This document shows positions 10,017 to 18,775 of a stretch of 64,000 nucleotides of DNA, piece by piece. Position 1 is the first letter of the stretch. Each line of letters opens with the position of its first letter. The DNA is taken from assembly GCA_964406075.1 (NCBI GenBank), contig CAYOQI010000003.1:76718-140717 (forward strand), in the 5' to 3' direction. The DNA is from an uncultured Pseudomonadales bacterium. GTDB lineage: Bacteria; Patescibacteriota; Microgenomatia; UBA1400; PJMF01. Under the pieces are notes generated by a model. It worked only from the letters and a program-made list of their open reading frames with translations. It ran no database searches and was not told where the DNA came from. Position numbers and translations under genes: made by a program.

Positions 10017-10042
10017 ACCGCCATTAATAGGCGGTTTTTTTT
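10016..10042 (+). terminator. intrinsic terminator/attenuator hairpin abutting the next start codon
   Basis: AACCGCC-attaata-GGCGGTT followed by a T8 run that ends at the ATG at 10043. Confidence 0.6.
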
Positions 10043-11536
10043 ATGAAAAATATGGCACTCAATCAAGAAGCTTCCAGACTTTATAACGACCATAAAGTTA
10101 GAGACCTTATTCATAAAAGTAGAAATGAAGCAACTTCTCATTATAAAAATGTCAAATTGAAGGGTGGAGAAATTGCCGAGCTTCGAAGAGAAGGACATTA
10201 TCCTGTGGTTACAAATGAAGGTAGGTTTGATGCCACACTCTTACGAGTCATCCCAACTAAATCGGAAAATCGATCCCGAGGAGGTGAGTTTAGAGTGTTA
10301 GCGAATGAGAAAGTCGAGCAAGGAAGTGAAGCTAAGGTCAAAATAGTTCTTGAGTGTATTCCCATTTTTTTGAAAGAATTAAGTGATGAACAAGTACAAA
10401 TGAAATTAGCGAAAACGAGAACTGAAATTAGCCAAGCAGAAACTCCTGCTTTTTTAGTACAAACTAGAGCTTCCGATATCCACGATGGCGAGTACCGAGA
10501 TACTTGGGATGGTCAATCTGATTTAAGAGAAGAGGTTTGGTATGCACAAGTCTTACAAATCATGGAGTTATTTCCAGGGATGCCTTTTTTAAAAGCTGCA
10601 TCTATTTTCGTGAAGTTGAAAAAAGATTTGTATGCCTCTGACTTTGGACTAGGTGTAGAAGCTGTTATTCATCATTATTACTCTGGGAAAGAACCCGAAG
10701 ATCTTGAAACAGAAGTGTTAGATGGATCAAACTTTATTAATTCATTTCCAGATGAATCGAATCCTTTCGTACAAGATAATTGGGATATTGATGAAGTAAT
10801 TGAAAATTACCATGAGGAAATTCAAGATGCTTTGGCAAAAGTAACAGAAGAAAATTACGAAAATATTAGAATTGATGAAAAAGATTATGAGTTAAGAACT
10901 TTAGCGTCATATCCTATTATGCAAAGTGGTGTGAAGTTTCAAGTTAAACTTATTATGGCTCGAGATCCTGATGGAGTATCTTTTCAAACCTTTAGAGTTT
11001 TACAATATGGAGATATTTCAGATGCTTACGTACGAGTAGATTCGATTTGTACAAATGGAGTTCAAGGTGGTGATACACATTGCGAGTGTCGACAACAGAG
11101 TGAAGCTGAGAAACAGCGAGCAGCCAGTGGAATTCCTATGATGTTAATTAATGTTCGAGATGATGAAGGTAGATTTCATGGTGAAGGAGACAAAGGTGGA
11201 ACTTTAAACTTACAACGAATGATTTTAGAACAATTGAGGACCGAGGTAGGAAATGCTGTTGCAGCTCAATTGTATTATCACGAAACAGGGAAGCTAGTGG
11301 ATGCACGAAGTTATGAATTAACTCAGGCGCTTTTAAAGTATTTAGGAGTAAACAAAATAGCACATTTAGTTACAGATAATGTTAGAAAGATTGATGCGAT
11401 TAGTGAAGTCGCAGAAATTGAGGAAGTGGTAACAGCAGAAGTACTGGCCCTTTCGTCAGAAGCACGAAAAACTATTCAAGAAAAAGCTGGAGGAGGAATC
11501 CCAGGTGTGCCCTATCTTTACAATAACCAGAGCTAA
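10043..11536 (+). CDS. two-domain protein: unknown N-terminal ~330 aa plus C-terminal GTP cyclohydrolase II-like domain
   Basis: VRVDSICTNG...THCECRQQ...DDEGRFHG...LGVNKIAHLVTDN parallels RibA VRVHSECxTGD...RCDCGxQ...EGRGIG...LGVxxVRLLTNNP. Three Cys are retained. Confidence 0.55.
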   Translation: MKNMALNQEASRLYNDHKVRDLIHKSRNEATSHYKNVKLKGGEIAELRREGHYPVVTNEGRFDATLLRVIPTKSENRSRGGEFRVLANEKVEQGSEAKVKIVLECIPIFLKELSDEQVQMKLAKTRTEISQAETPAFLVQTRASDIHDGEYRDTWDGQSDLREEVWYAQVLQIMELFPGMPFLKAASIFVKLKKDLYASDFGLGVEAVIHHYYSGKEPEDLETEVLDGSNFINSFPDESNPFVQDNWDIDEVIENYHEEIQDALAKVTEENYENIRIDEKDYELRTLASYPIMQSGVKFQVKLIMARDPDGVSFQTFRVLQYGDISDAYVRVDSICTNGVQGGDTHCECRQQSEAEKQRAASGIPMMLINVRDDEGRFHGEGDKGGTLNLQRMILEQLRTEVGNAVAAQLYYHETGKLVDARSYELTQALLKYLGVNKIAHLVTDNVRKIDAISEVAEIEEVVTAEVLALSSEARKTIQEKAGGGIPGVPYLYNNQS

Positions 11537-11542
11537 AAAATC

Positions 11543-12388
11543 ATGGTAACTTTTTTATCAAAATTAATTTCATCACTAGAAACTAAGAAGTCTCATGTCT
11601 GTGTCGGTCTCGATTCTCGTTATGATCGAATTCCGGAACTCATAAAAAAAGGAAAATCTGTTTCTGAAGCAATTTTTGAGTTCAATAAAAATGTGGTTGA
11701 AGCTACTCATGAGTATACTTCTGCGTACAAAAGTAATGTAGCGTTTTATGCTGGATTTGGAGAAGAAGGATTAAAGGGTTTGCAAAAAACCAATGAATTT
11801 CTTAAAACAAATTATTCCGATATTCCACTGTTAGCTGACTGCAAACGATCCGAGATGGGTGAGTCGGTGAAGATGATTAAAGCTGAAATTTTCGATTGGT
11901 TGCAATTTGATTGTGTGATGGTCACGCCTTGGTTTGGCTTTGATACAGTTCGAGATTATTTAGACGAAGAAAAAAACGGAGTCTGTGTGTACGTTCACGA
12001 TAGCAATCCCACCGCGGAAGAATTTCAAGAAGTCGAACTCAAAGATGGACGACGACTCTATGAATATGTGACGGAAAGAGTTTGTCAGGTTTGGAATGTG
12101 AGTGGAAACGTGTTTATAGAAGCAGGAGCGACATATCCTGAAGCACTCAAAAAAGTTCGAAAAATTGCAGGTGATGACATGGTGATTCTTACAGCGGGTG
12201 TGGGTACTCAAGGTGGGAAAGTCGAAGACTTGAAAGGTGTATTTGGAAAAGATGGGCAACGATTATTGGTCAATAGTTCTCGTGGAATTATTTTTGCGGG
12301 TGAAAATAAACCAGATTACTTCGTTGCAGTCAAAGAATCCGCTCAACAACTTCGTAACACATTACGTTCTGCTTCAAAAATCAGCTAA
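11543..12388 (+). CDS. OMP-decarboxylase-family paralog (type 2 fold, variant active-site motif DCKRSE)
   Basis: VGLDSRYD, YKSNVAFY, ADCKRSEMGES, AGVGTQGG and NSSRGIIFA align with the pyrF motifs at 8993-9850. Confidence 0.7.
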   Translation: MVTFLSKLISSLETKKSHVCVGLDSRYDRIPELIKKGKSVSEAIFEFNKNVVEATHEYTSAYKSNVAFYAGFGEEGLKGLQKTNEFLKTNYSDIPLLADCKRSEMGESVKMIKAEIFDWLQFDCVMVTPWFGFDTVRDYLDEEKNGVCVYVHDSNPTAEEFQEVELKDGRRLYEYVTERVCQVWNVSGNVFIEAGATYPEALKKVRKIAGDDMVILTAGVGTQGGKVEDLKGVFGKDGQRLLVNSSRGIIFAGENKPDYFVAVKESAQQLRNTLRSASKIS

Positions 12389-13209
12389 TGGTACTTTTTC
12401 CTCAACTTGTAGTGATCGGTTATACCAATATTGATATTAATATAACTCCGTTGTCGAAAACTGTGCTTCCTGGTGGAGGTGCATATTTTGCAGCTATTGC
12501 AGCTTCTAGAATTATCAAACCAGTGGGATTAGTAACCAGAATTGGAAAAGATTATGAGGCGGAGTTTTTACTCTCTCGAGTTATTCCGGATGGTGTAAAA
12601 ATTATCCCTGAAAAATTAACTGCTCGTTCTACGCAAATTTATCATTCCGAAAAAGATTTAACTGACAGAGATATTCAATTGGAATGGGGAGTGGCTCCTG
12701 ATATAAATCCTCAAGATTTTCCAAGAGAGTGGTTAGAAAAAGCTGAAATTGTACATATTTCGACTATGCCTCCAGCTCAACAAACTGAATTCATTCGATT
12801 TTTACGCAAGCATGCTCCGCAAACCAAAATTTCTTTAGATACGGATCACTTCTTTTTTGAAGATAAAAATTTGTTTGAACAAATTAAAGAAAATTTTTCG
12901 AAAGTTGATATAGCCTTTGCAAATCGCCATGAATACTTGGCATTAAAAGAAACGATTGATCAGTTGCCGGAAGCGATTGTGAAGTTTGATAAAGATGGAG
13001 CCGATTACTTACAACATGGGAAAAAGATTTTTCATATTCCAACACAAGCAGTGGAAGTCAAAGATGCGACGGGAGCGGGTGATATGTTGGCTGGAACATA
13101 TTTGGCATTGATTATTAAAAGTGAATCAAAAGAAAAAGCATTAAAACTTGCAGTAGAAGTGGCAACAGAATCGGTGAAAGAGGTGGGAGTAAAACACATA
13201 TTCAAATAG
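12388..13209 (+). CDS. PfkB-family sugar/nucleoside kinase (second copy)
   Basis: DATGAGDMLAGTYLA signature. The ATG overlaps the upstream TAA by 1 nt. Confidence 0.7.
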   Translation: MVLFPQLVVIGYTNIDINITPLSKTVLPGGGAYFAAIAASRIIKPVGLVTRIGKDYEAEFLLSRVIPDGVKIIPEKLTARSTQIYHSEKDLTDRDIQLEWGVAPDINPQDFPREWLEKAEIVHISTMPPAQQTEFIRFLRKHAPQTKISLDTDHFFFEDKNLFEQIKENFSKVDIAFANRHEYLALKETIDQLPEAIVKFDKDGADYLQHGKKIFHIPTQAVEVKDATGAGDMLAGTYLALIIKSESKEKALKLAVEVATESVKEVGVKHIFK

Positions 13210-13212
13210 TAA

Positions 13213-13241
13213 TTGACAAATTTTTAATAATAAACTACGAT
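13213..13241 (+). promoter_or_regulatory. sigma70-type promoter (TTGACA-17 nt-TACGAT)
   Basis: TTGACA at 13213-13218, a 17-nt spacer and TACGAT at 13236-13241. Confidence 0.5.
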
Positions 13242-13247
13242 ATCCTA

Positions 13248-13361
13248 TAACAAAAATGACAGCGAAGGCATCGAAGCTTTCGCTCCCAAGAAACAAACCG
13301 CTTCAGTTCACGACTGAGGAGAGGAAAACCAAGTGAGCGTAAGCAAGCGGTGTCTTTTTTT
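13248..13361 (+). promoter_or_regulatory. structured leader or small RNA ending in a T7 run upstream of add
   Basis: Hairpin AGCGAA/TTCGCT (13261-13284). Competing stems CTTCAGT/ACTGAGG (13301-13319) and ACCGCTT/AAGCGGT (13297-13351), then a T7 run. Also holds a 26-codon ORF at 13256-13336. Confidence 0.4.
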
Positions 13362-13393
13362 ATATTTAAATCATTAGAGCCTACTTAAAACAT

Positions 13394-14416
13394 ATGGTTA
13401 CCATTCCCAGTCAACAACAGACCACTCCAAATATTCTTGACGGCATTGAGCTAACTGAACTCCATACACATGTGGGATTTTCGGTCTCACCAACAATGTT
13501 GTGGGAAATTGCTCATGATCAAGGAATTCGACTTCCGACAAAAAATTATTGGGAGTTTGAAAAAATGGTGACGATCCACGAATCCAAGGATTATGAAGAG
13601 TATCTCAAAATGTATGACTGGACAGAAAAAATTCAATCTTCTCCTGATGCTCTTTTTATTGGAATTCAAAATATCATCTCGGGTGCATATCGCAAAAATA
13701 ACATTACTAAAACTGAGCTTCGTTTTAATCCCATTTTACGCAATCGAAAAGGTGAGCGTGATCTTGATCATTTGATTGTGTTTGCGATCCAAGGTATGGA
13801 AAGAGCAATGTTGAAATATCCGGTGAAGGCCGGAATTATTTTAATGATGGACCGAAGATTCACACCTGAAGAAAACGCTGGTATCGTCAAAAAAGCAATT
13901 AAGTATAAAAACAGAGGTGTGGTAGGTATCGATTTAGCTGGCCCAATCAAACGGACTGAAAATGCCAAAGCTTTTGAACCGAAACAAATCGCTGATTTAG
14001 TCGATGAAGCGCGAGATCAAGGATTGGGTATTACTATTCATACTGGGGAAGCGACGGGTATAGAGGAAATGTGGGAAGTTGTGGAAGTCTTAAAACCTTC
14101 ACGCATTGGTCATGGAATTGCTTGTGTGAAAGATAAAAAACTCATGGCTCGATTGGTCAAAGATGATATCGTTTTGGAAACCTGTCCAACTTCAAATTTA
14201 AATACAAAATTACTTTCCGGTTTTGATGAAATGAGAGACATGTATCGAACACTGAAAGAGAATAAAGTTAAGTTCACCATCAATACCGATGGCCCCGAAA
14301 TGCAACTGATTTCTCTGAGAGCAGAGTTTGCCAAACTTATTGAACATGACATTTTGACACCAGAAGATTTGGTGGAAGCCAATCGTATAGCGACTGAAGT
14401 GAGTTTTATTAAATAA
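13394..14416 (+). CDS. add: adenosine deaminase
   Basis: ELHTHVG metal-binding motif, HTGE, and a C-terminal TINTDGP pattern. Confidence 0.8.
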   Translation: MVTIPSQQQTTPNILDGIELTELHTHVGFSVSPTMLWEIAHDQGIRLPTKNYWEFEKMVTIHESKDYEEYLKMYDWTEKIQSSPDALFIGIQNIISGAYRKNNITKTELRFNPILRNRKGERDLDHLIVFAIQGMERAMLKYPVKAGIILMMDRRFTPEENAGIVKKAIKYKNRGVVGIDLAGPIKRTENAKAFEPKQIADLVDEARDQGLGITIHTGEATGIEEMWEVVEVLKPSRIGHGIACVKDKKLMARLVKDDIVLETCPTSNLNTKLLSGFDEMRDMYRTLKENKVKFTINTDGPEMQLISLRAEFAKLIEHDILTPEDLVEANRIATEVSFIK

Positions 14417-14443
14417 AAATATTTTCTAATTCATGGAGTATCT

Positions 14444-15598
14444 ATGACCAATGGTCCTATTCAATCCCAATTACTACCTCAAGCATTGACGTTTGATGAT
14501 GTGTTGCTCAAGCCAGGTTTTACTGATTTCTCACGAGATCAAATTATGATCGAGTCGAAATTAACGAAAAAAATTACACTCCAGACACCTTTAGTGGCCG
14601 CTCCCATGGATACTGTTGTGGAAAGTGAGTTAGCGATTGCTTTGGCACAAGCTGGAGGAATTGGAATTATTCACCGTAATCTCACCACAGCTGATCAGGT
14701 ACATGAAGTAAAAAAAGTCAAAGAGTTAGGTTTACTTGTTGGAGCAGCGATTGGAGCAAGTCATGGCTATGAAGAGCGAATGGCGGCATTGGCAGAAGCC
14801 AAAGTAGATGTGGTTGTGGTCGATACAGCTCATGGATTCGTCAAATATGTGATCGATGCAATCAAATTCATCAAACAAAATTTCCCAGAGGTTGAAGTCA
14901 TTGCGGGAAACATTGCCACCTATGAAGGAGCTCAAGCGTTGATCGAAGCCGGAGCAGATGGATTACGTGTTGGGATGGGACCTGGTGCAATCTGTACGAC
15001 TCGCATTGTGTCCGGAATGGGTGTGCCTCAAATGACCGCGATTTGGGAAACAGTCAGAGCTGCGAAACCAGCTGGTGTTCCAGTGATTGCTGACGGTGGT
15101 ATCAAATATTCTGGTGATATGGTCAAAGCTTTAGCCGCAGGAGCAAGTACCGTCATGATGGGAAGTTTTTTTGCTTCATGCTTCGAAGCTCCAGGGGAGA
15201 AAATGGAGATACCAGCAGCACAAGTGCCTGGTCGTTTTAAACACATCATTAAAGATACTCAAGAAATGTATACCTTTAAAACCTATCGGGGTATGGGTTC
15301 AGTAGGCGCGATGGAAAAAGGTGCGGAAGTAAAATCGGAAGAAGAGTATCATGGCAAAAACTACAAAGATAAAGTTTTAGTTGCAGAAGGTGTCGAGGGA
15401 TTAGTTCCTGTAAAAGGAACTGTGAAAGAATTGGTCGATCAAGCTATTGGCGGAATCAAATCCGGCATGTATTATGTGGGAGCCAAATCAGTGACAGAAT
15501 TGCAAAATTCTGCTCAATTTATGCAGATCACTCAAGCTTCACTGACTGAGAGCCACCCGCATGATTTAATCATTACCAATGCGGGGAAGAATTACTAA
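14444..15598 (+). CDS. guaB: IMP dehydrogenase lacking the CBS (Bateman) subdomain
   Basis: [22 protein letters not shown] catalytic loop, [10 protein letters not shown], and the flap [12 protein letters not shown]. At 384 aa there is no room for the CBS pair. Confidence 0.8.
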   Translation: MTNGPIQSQLLPQALTFDDVLLKPGFTDFSRDQIMIESKLTKKITLQTPLVAAPMDTVVESELAIALAQAGGIGIIHRNLTTADQVHEVKKVKELGLLVGAAIGASHGYEERMAALAEAKVDVVVVDTAHGFVKYVIDAIKFIKQNFPEVEVIAGNIATYEGAQALIEAGADGLRVGMGPGAICTTRIVSGMGVPQMTAIWETVRAAKPAGVPVIADGGIKYSGDMVKALAAGASTVMMGSFFASCFEAPGEKMEIPAAQVPGRFKHIIKDTQEMYTFKTYRGMGSVGAMEKGAEVKSEEEYHGKNYKDKVLVAEGVEGLVPVKGTVKELVDQAIGGIKSGMYYVGAKSVTELQNSAQFMQITQASLTESHPHDLIITNAGKNY

Positions 15599-15618
15599 TA
15601 AAATAGTCTTATAACTCC

Positions 15619-17178
15619 ATGAGTGTAGATCAAATTAGTTACAAAGATTTATTACAAGATCCAGATCAAGCTGAAGCGTATATTCAAGAAATCTTTGCTA
15701 TTTGTGAAAAGAATGGATTTATTCATTGGTTACTTTCTGAGATTGCAAGAGAGAGTAAAGGGCCCGAGGAAGCATATCCAGCGCAAGGATTAGTTTTTAC
15801 AGGATATGAAGGTTTCGGGGATATAGAACCAAAAAGAGATGAATTACAGCCACAACTTGTTGATACGACAATATTAGCTTGGTTATACTATCTTACCTTA
15901 AATAATCACCCCGACAGGTTACAATCACTTTACGAGCAATCAGAAAAACCTTTTGTACCGCCACAAGAAATTGAGTCCCCAATATTTGAGAACGCCCGCA
16001 AAGAACGTCGAGCTATAAATATTGCCGATTTAAAACTCCAGGTGGGTGGAACTGATAAATCTCGACGAAGTAGAACAGAGTTACACCAATCAGGACCTTT
16101 TGTTTCTTACTATCATCCAACTGATAAAGAGCCTTCTAAAGGGAGAAAACAAGCTCGAGGGGTAATAGTTGCTGGGGCAAATCCTGAAATTACAGGTAGC
16201 CCTTTTGCTTTGGCGACTCTAGTGCAATCACATTCCTTAGCATCTGTACCCAGAGATGGGCTTTTTTCAAAAATTCAAAGGCAGGTAGATTTGGTCCGAA
16301 AAACAATTGAATTCTTAGAACGAAGTCCGATGTTATATAACAAAGATGAAGAAGAACGGAAAAAGTTATTGGAATTTTATACACATAATTTAGTTGGAGT
16401 TATTGAGCCTGAACCGAAAAAAGCACTCAAAAGAGCACGAGCTTTATATGAGGCAGGTATACGGACTTTTAGAATTTATTCTCCAGAGCCAGGTAATGAT
16501 TCATTAAGAACTTTGGTTGATTTACGAAAAGCAGAAAATGAAGAAGGATGGGAACCAATTGAAATTTTTGTGGGCCAGGTTGTTGATGTTGAACAAGCTA
16601 TTGCATTACAAAAAGCTGGAGCTGATGCTCTCTATTTTGGTATTGGTGGAGGTGGAAGATGTATTACAGGAGTAGTGGGAGGACTCACAATTAACTGGCC
16701 ACAATTAGTTTGGGATTTACGTGGAAAGATTTCAGTACCCATGCTTGTGGAAGGTGGAGCAAACGATTATATATCAGAGTCATTAACGATTGGAGCAAGT
16801 GGTATTGGGACTGTAGGAAAATTTGGAGGAACGATTGAAACTCCAGGTTCTATTGCCTTTTATATTGATGAAGAAGGGCAAGTGTTTAAATTTTATGGCG
16901 GAGAAGCTTCAGATAGAATGAGAGTAATGGGAGGTAGAAAAGGTCCTTTTGGATTTGTGTTAAATACAGAAGGTGAAACCACTAAGAAGAAAAAGAGAAA
17001 TGGTGTGCAAAGATTACCGACCTTGAGTCAAGTTCTTCATGAACTTAATCAAGGAGTGGTAGCAGGAATGGTATTTCAAAATGCAGGATCGGTGAGTGAA
17101 CTTCAGCAATTAGCAAATCGTTCTCTTTTACAGGCATCACCGAATGATGACGCATCTAGACACACTCATAATAAATAA
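15619..17178 (+). CDS. IMPDH/GMP-reductase-family paralog with a ~250-aa unknown N-terminal extension
   Basis: The C-terminal half has GIGGGGRCITG (Cys retained), VEGGAN and GTIETPGS..FKFYGGEAS, mirroring IMPDH barrel motifs. Confidence 0.55.
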   Translation: MSVDQISYKDLLQDPDQAEAYIQEIFAICEKNGFIHWLLSEIARESKGPEEAYPAQGLVFTGYEGFGDIEPKRDELQPQLVDTTILAWLYYLTLNNHPDRLQSLYEQSEKPFVPPQEIESPIFENARKERRAINIADLKLQVGGTDKSRRSRTELHQSGPFVSYYHPTDKEPSKGRKQARGVIVAGANPEITGSPFALATLVQSHSLASVPRDGLFSKIQRQVDLVRKTIEFLERSPMLYNKDEEERKKLLEFYTHNLVGVIEPEPKKALKRARALYEAGIRTFRIYSPEPGNDSLRTLVDLRKAENEEGWEPIEIFVGQVVDVEQAIALQKAGADALYFGIGGGGRCITGVVGGLTINWPQLVWDLRGKISVPMLVEGGANDYISESLTIGASGIGTVGKFGGTIETPGSIAFYIDEEGQVFKFYGGEASDRMRVMGGRKGPFGFVLNTEGETTKKKKRNGVQRLPTLSQVLHELNQGVVAGMVFQNAGSVSELQQLANRSLLQASPNDDASRHTHNK

Positions 17179-17236
17179 AATTATCTTTATATGATCACTG
17201 TTAAAGATATGATAGTTTTACAGTAAAAAGGAACAT

Positions 17237-18751
17237 ATGATCTTAATCATCGATTTTGGTTCACAAACCGCACATCTTATCGGTCGAAGACTTCGAGATT
17301 TAGGTGTGAAGTACGAGTACGTACATCCAGAAGACGCGTTGGACGAAGTCAAGAAATACTCTCCAAATGGAATCATTTTTTCTGGTGGTCCTTCTTCTGT
17401 TTATGGTGAAGGTGCTCCAACTGTCGATAAAAAAATCTATGAGTTAGGTTTACCAATTCTTGGAATTTGCTATGGCTGTCAATTGATGATGCATCATTTA
17501 GGTGGGGAAGTGAAAAAGGGAAAAAGCGAGTATGGATTACAAGATCTAACTGTTGAGAATTTTAATTCATATAATTTACCAGAGGAAAAATTCAGAGTCA
17601 TCATGTCACATGGCGATTCGGTCATGAGTATTCCTAAGGATTTTACGGTCGTTGGATCCACTCCCAATGTGAAGTTTTCCTGGGTTATCAATGCTCCTAA
17701 AAAAATGATGGGTGTGCTTTTTCATCCAGAAGCAGATCACACTGAGCATGGCCAAGAAGTTTTAGAGTATTTCGCACAGAAAATGTGTAACGAAGAAATT
17801 GAACTACACGTGCTGAAACCAGATATGATGATTCAAGAGATTAAAGAAAAAGTTGGAAATAAAAAAGTAATTTGTGCTGTTTCAGGAGGAGTAGATTCTA
17901 CCGTAGCAGCAGCATTAATAGGGAAGGCAATTGGAAAACAATTAATTGCTGTATATGTAGAAAGTGGATTGATGCGAGAAGGAACTAGAGAAAGAGTTGA
18001 AGAGATTTTTTCCAAACATATCCCGGTTGATTTAGTTGTCCTAAAAGTTGAAGAGAGATTTTTATCTGCCTTGAAAGGTATTACTGATCCTGAAGTAAAA
18101 CGAAAAACAATTGGAAAACTCTATATTGATCTTTTTGATGAAGTTTCGAAGCAACATCCAGAAGTTGATTTTTTGGGACAAGGGACGATTTATTCCGATG
18201 TAATTGAATCAAAAGGTTCAAAACATGCCTCTCACATTAAGTCTCATCACAATGTTGGAGGATTGCCGAAAGATATGAAATTGAAGCTTTTAGAGCCACT
18301 TAGAACACTGTACAAAGATGAGGTACGAGCAGTAGGAAGGTTAATCGATTTACCTGAAGATGTGTTGATGCAACATCCTTTTCCTGGTCCAGGATATGCG
18401 ATTCGAGTTCGAGGAGAAGTAACACCCCAACGATTGGCTCAAGCCAAACAAGCAGATGAGATTGTGATGAGTGAAATCAAGAAGGCTGGTTTATACGAAA
18501 AAGTCTTCCAAGTTTTTCCAGTGATGACAGGAGCAATGAGTACGGCAGTCAAAGGTGATGGGCGTGAATTTTCTGAAGTAGTGGCGATTCGAGCTTATGA
18601 AAGCAAAGATATCATGACGGTGCAGTGGGCACGGTTACCCTACGAGTTATTAGCTCATTTGTCTTCACGAATTGTGAATGAAGTACCGAATGTGTCTCGA
18701 GTTGTGTACGACATCACATCTAAACCACCAGCAACTATGGAGTGGGAATAA
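17237..18751 (+). CDS. guaA: GMP synthase (glutamine-hydrolysing)
   Basis: GATase ICYGCQ and HP motifs, SGGVDSTVAA PP-loop, and a C-terminal PPATMEWE. Confidence 0.9.
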   Translation: MILIIDFGSQTAHLIGRRLRDLGVKYEYVHPEDALDEVKKYSPNGIIFSGGPSSVYGEGAPTVDKKIYELGLPILGICYGCQLMMHHLGGEVKKGKSEYGLQDLTVENFNSYNLPEEKFRVIMSHGDSVMSIPKDFTVVGSTPNVKFSWVINAPKKMMGVLFHPEADHTEHGQEVLEYFAQKMCNEEIELHVLKPDMMIQEIKEKVGNKKVICAVSGGVDSTVAAALIGKAIGKQLIAVYVESGLMREGTRERVEEIFSKHIPVDLVVLKVEERFLSALKGITDPEVKRKTIGKLYIDLFDEVSKQHPEVDFLGQGTIYSDVIESKGSKHASHIKSHHNVGGLPKDMKLKLLEPLRTLYKDEVRAVGRLIDLPEDVLMQHPFPGPGYAIRVRGEVTPQRLAQAKQADEIVMSEIKKAGLYEKVFQVFPVMTGAMSTAVKGDGREFSEVVAIRAYESKDIMTVQWARLPYELLAHLSSRIVNEVPNVSRVVYDITSKPPATMEWE

Positions 18752-18775
18752 AATTTTGTTTGATACAATCAGCAA

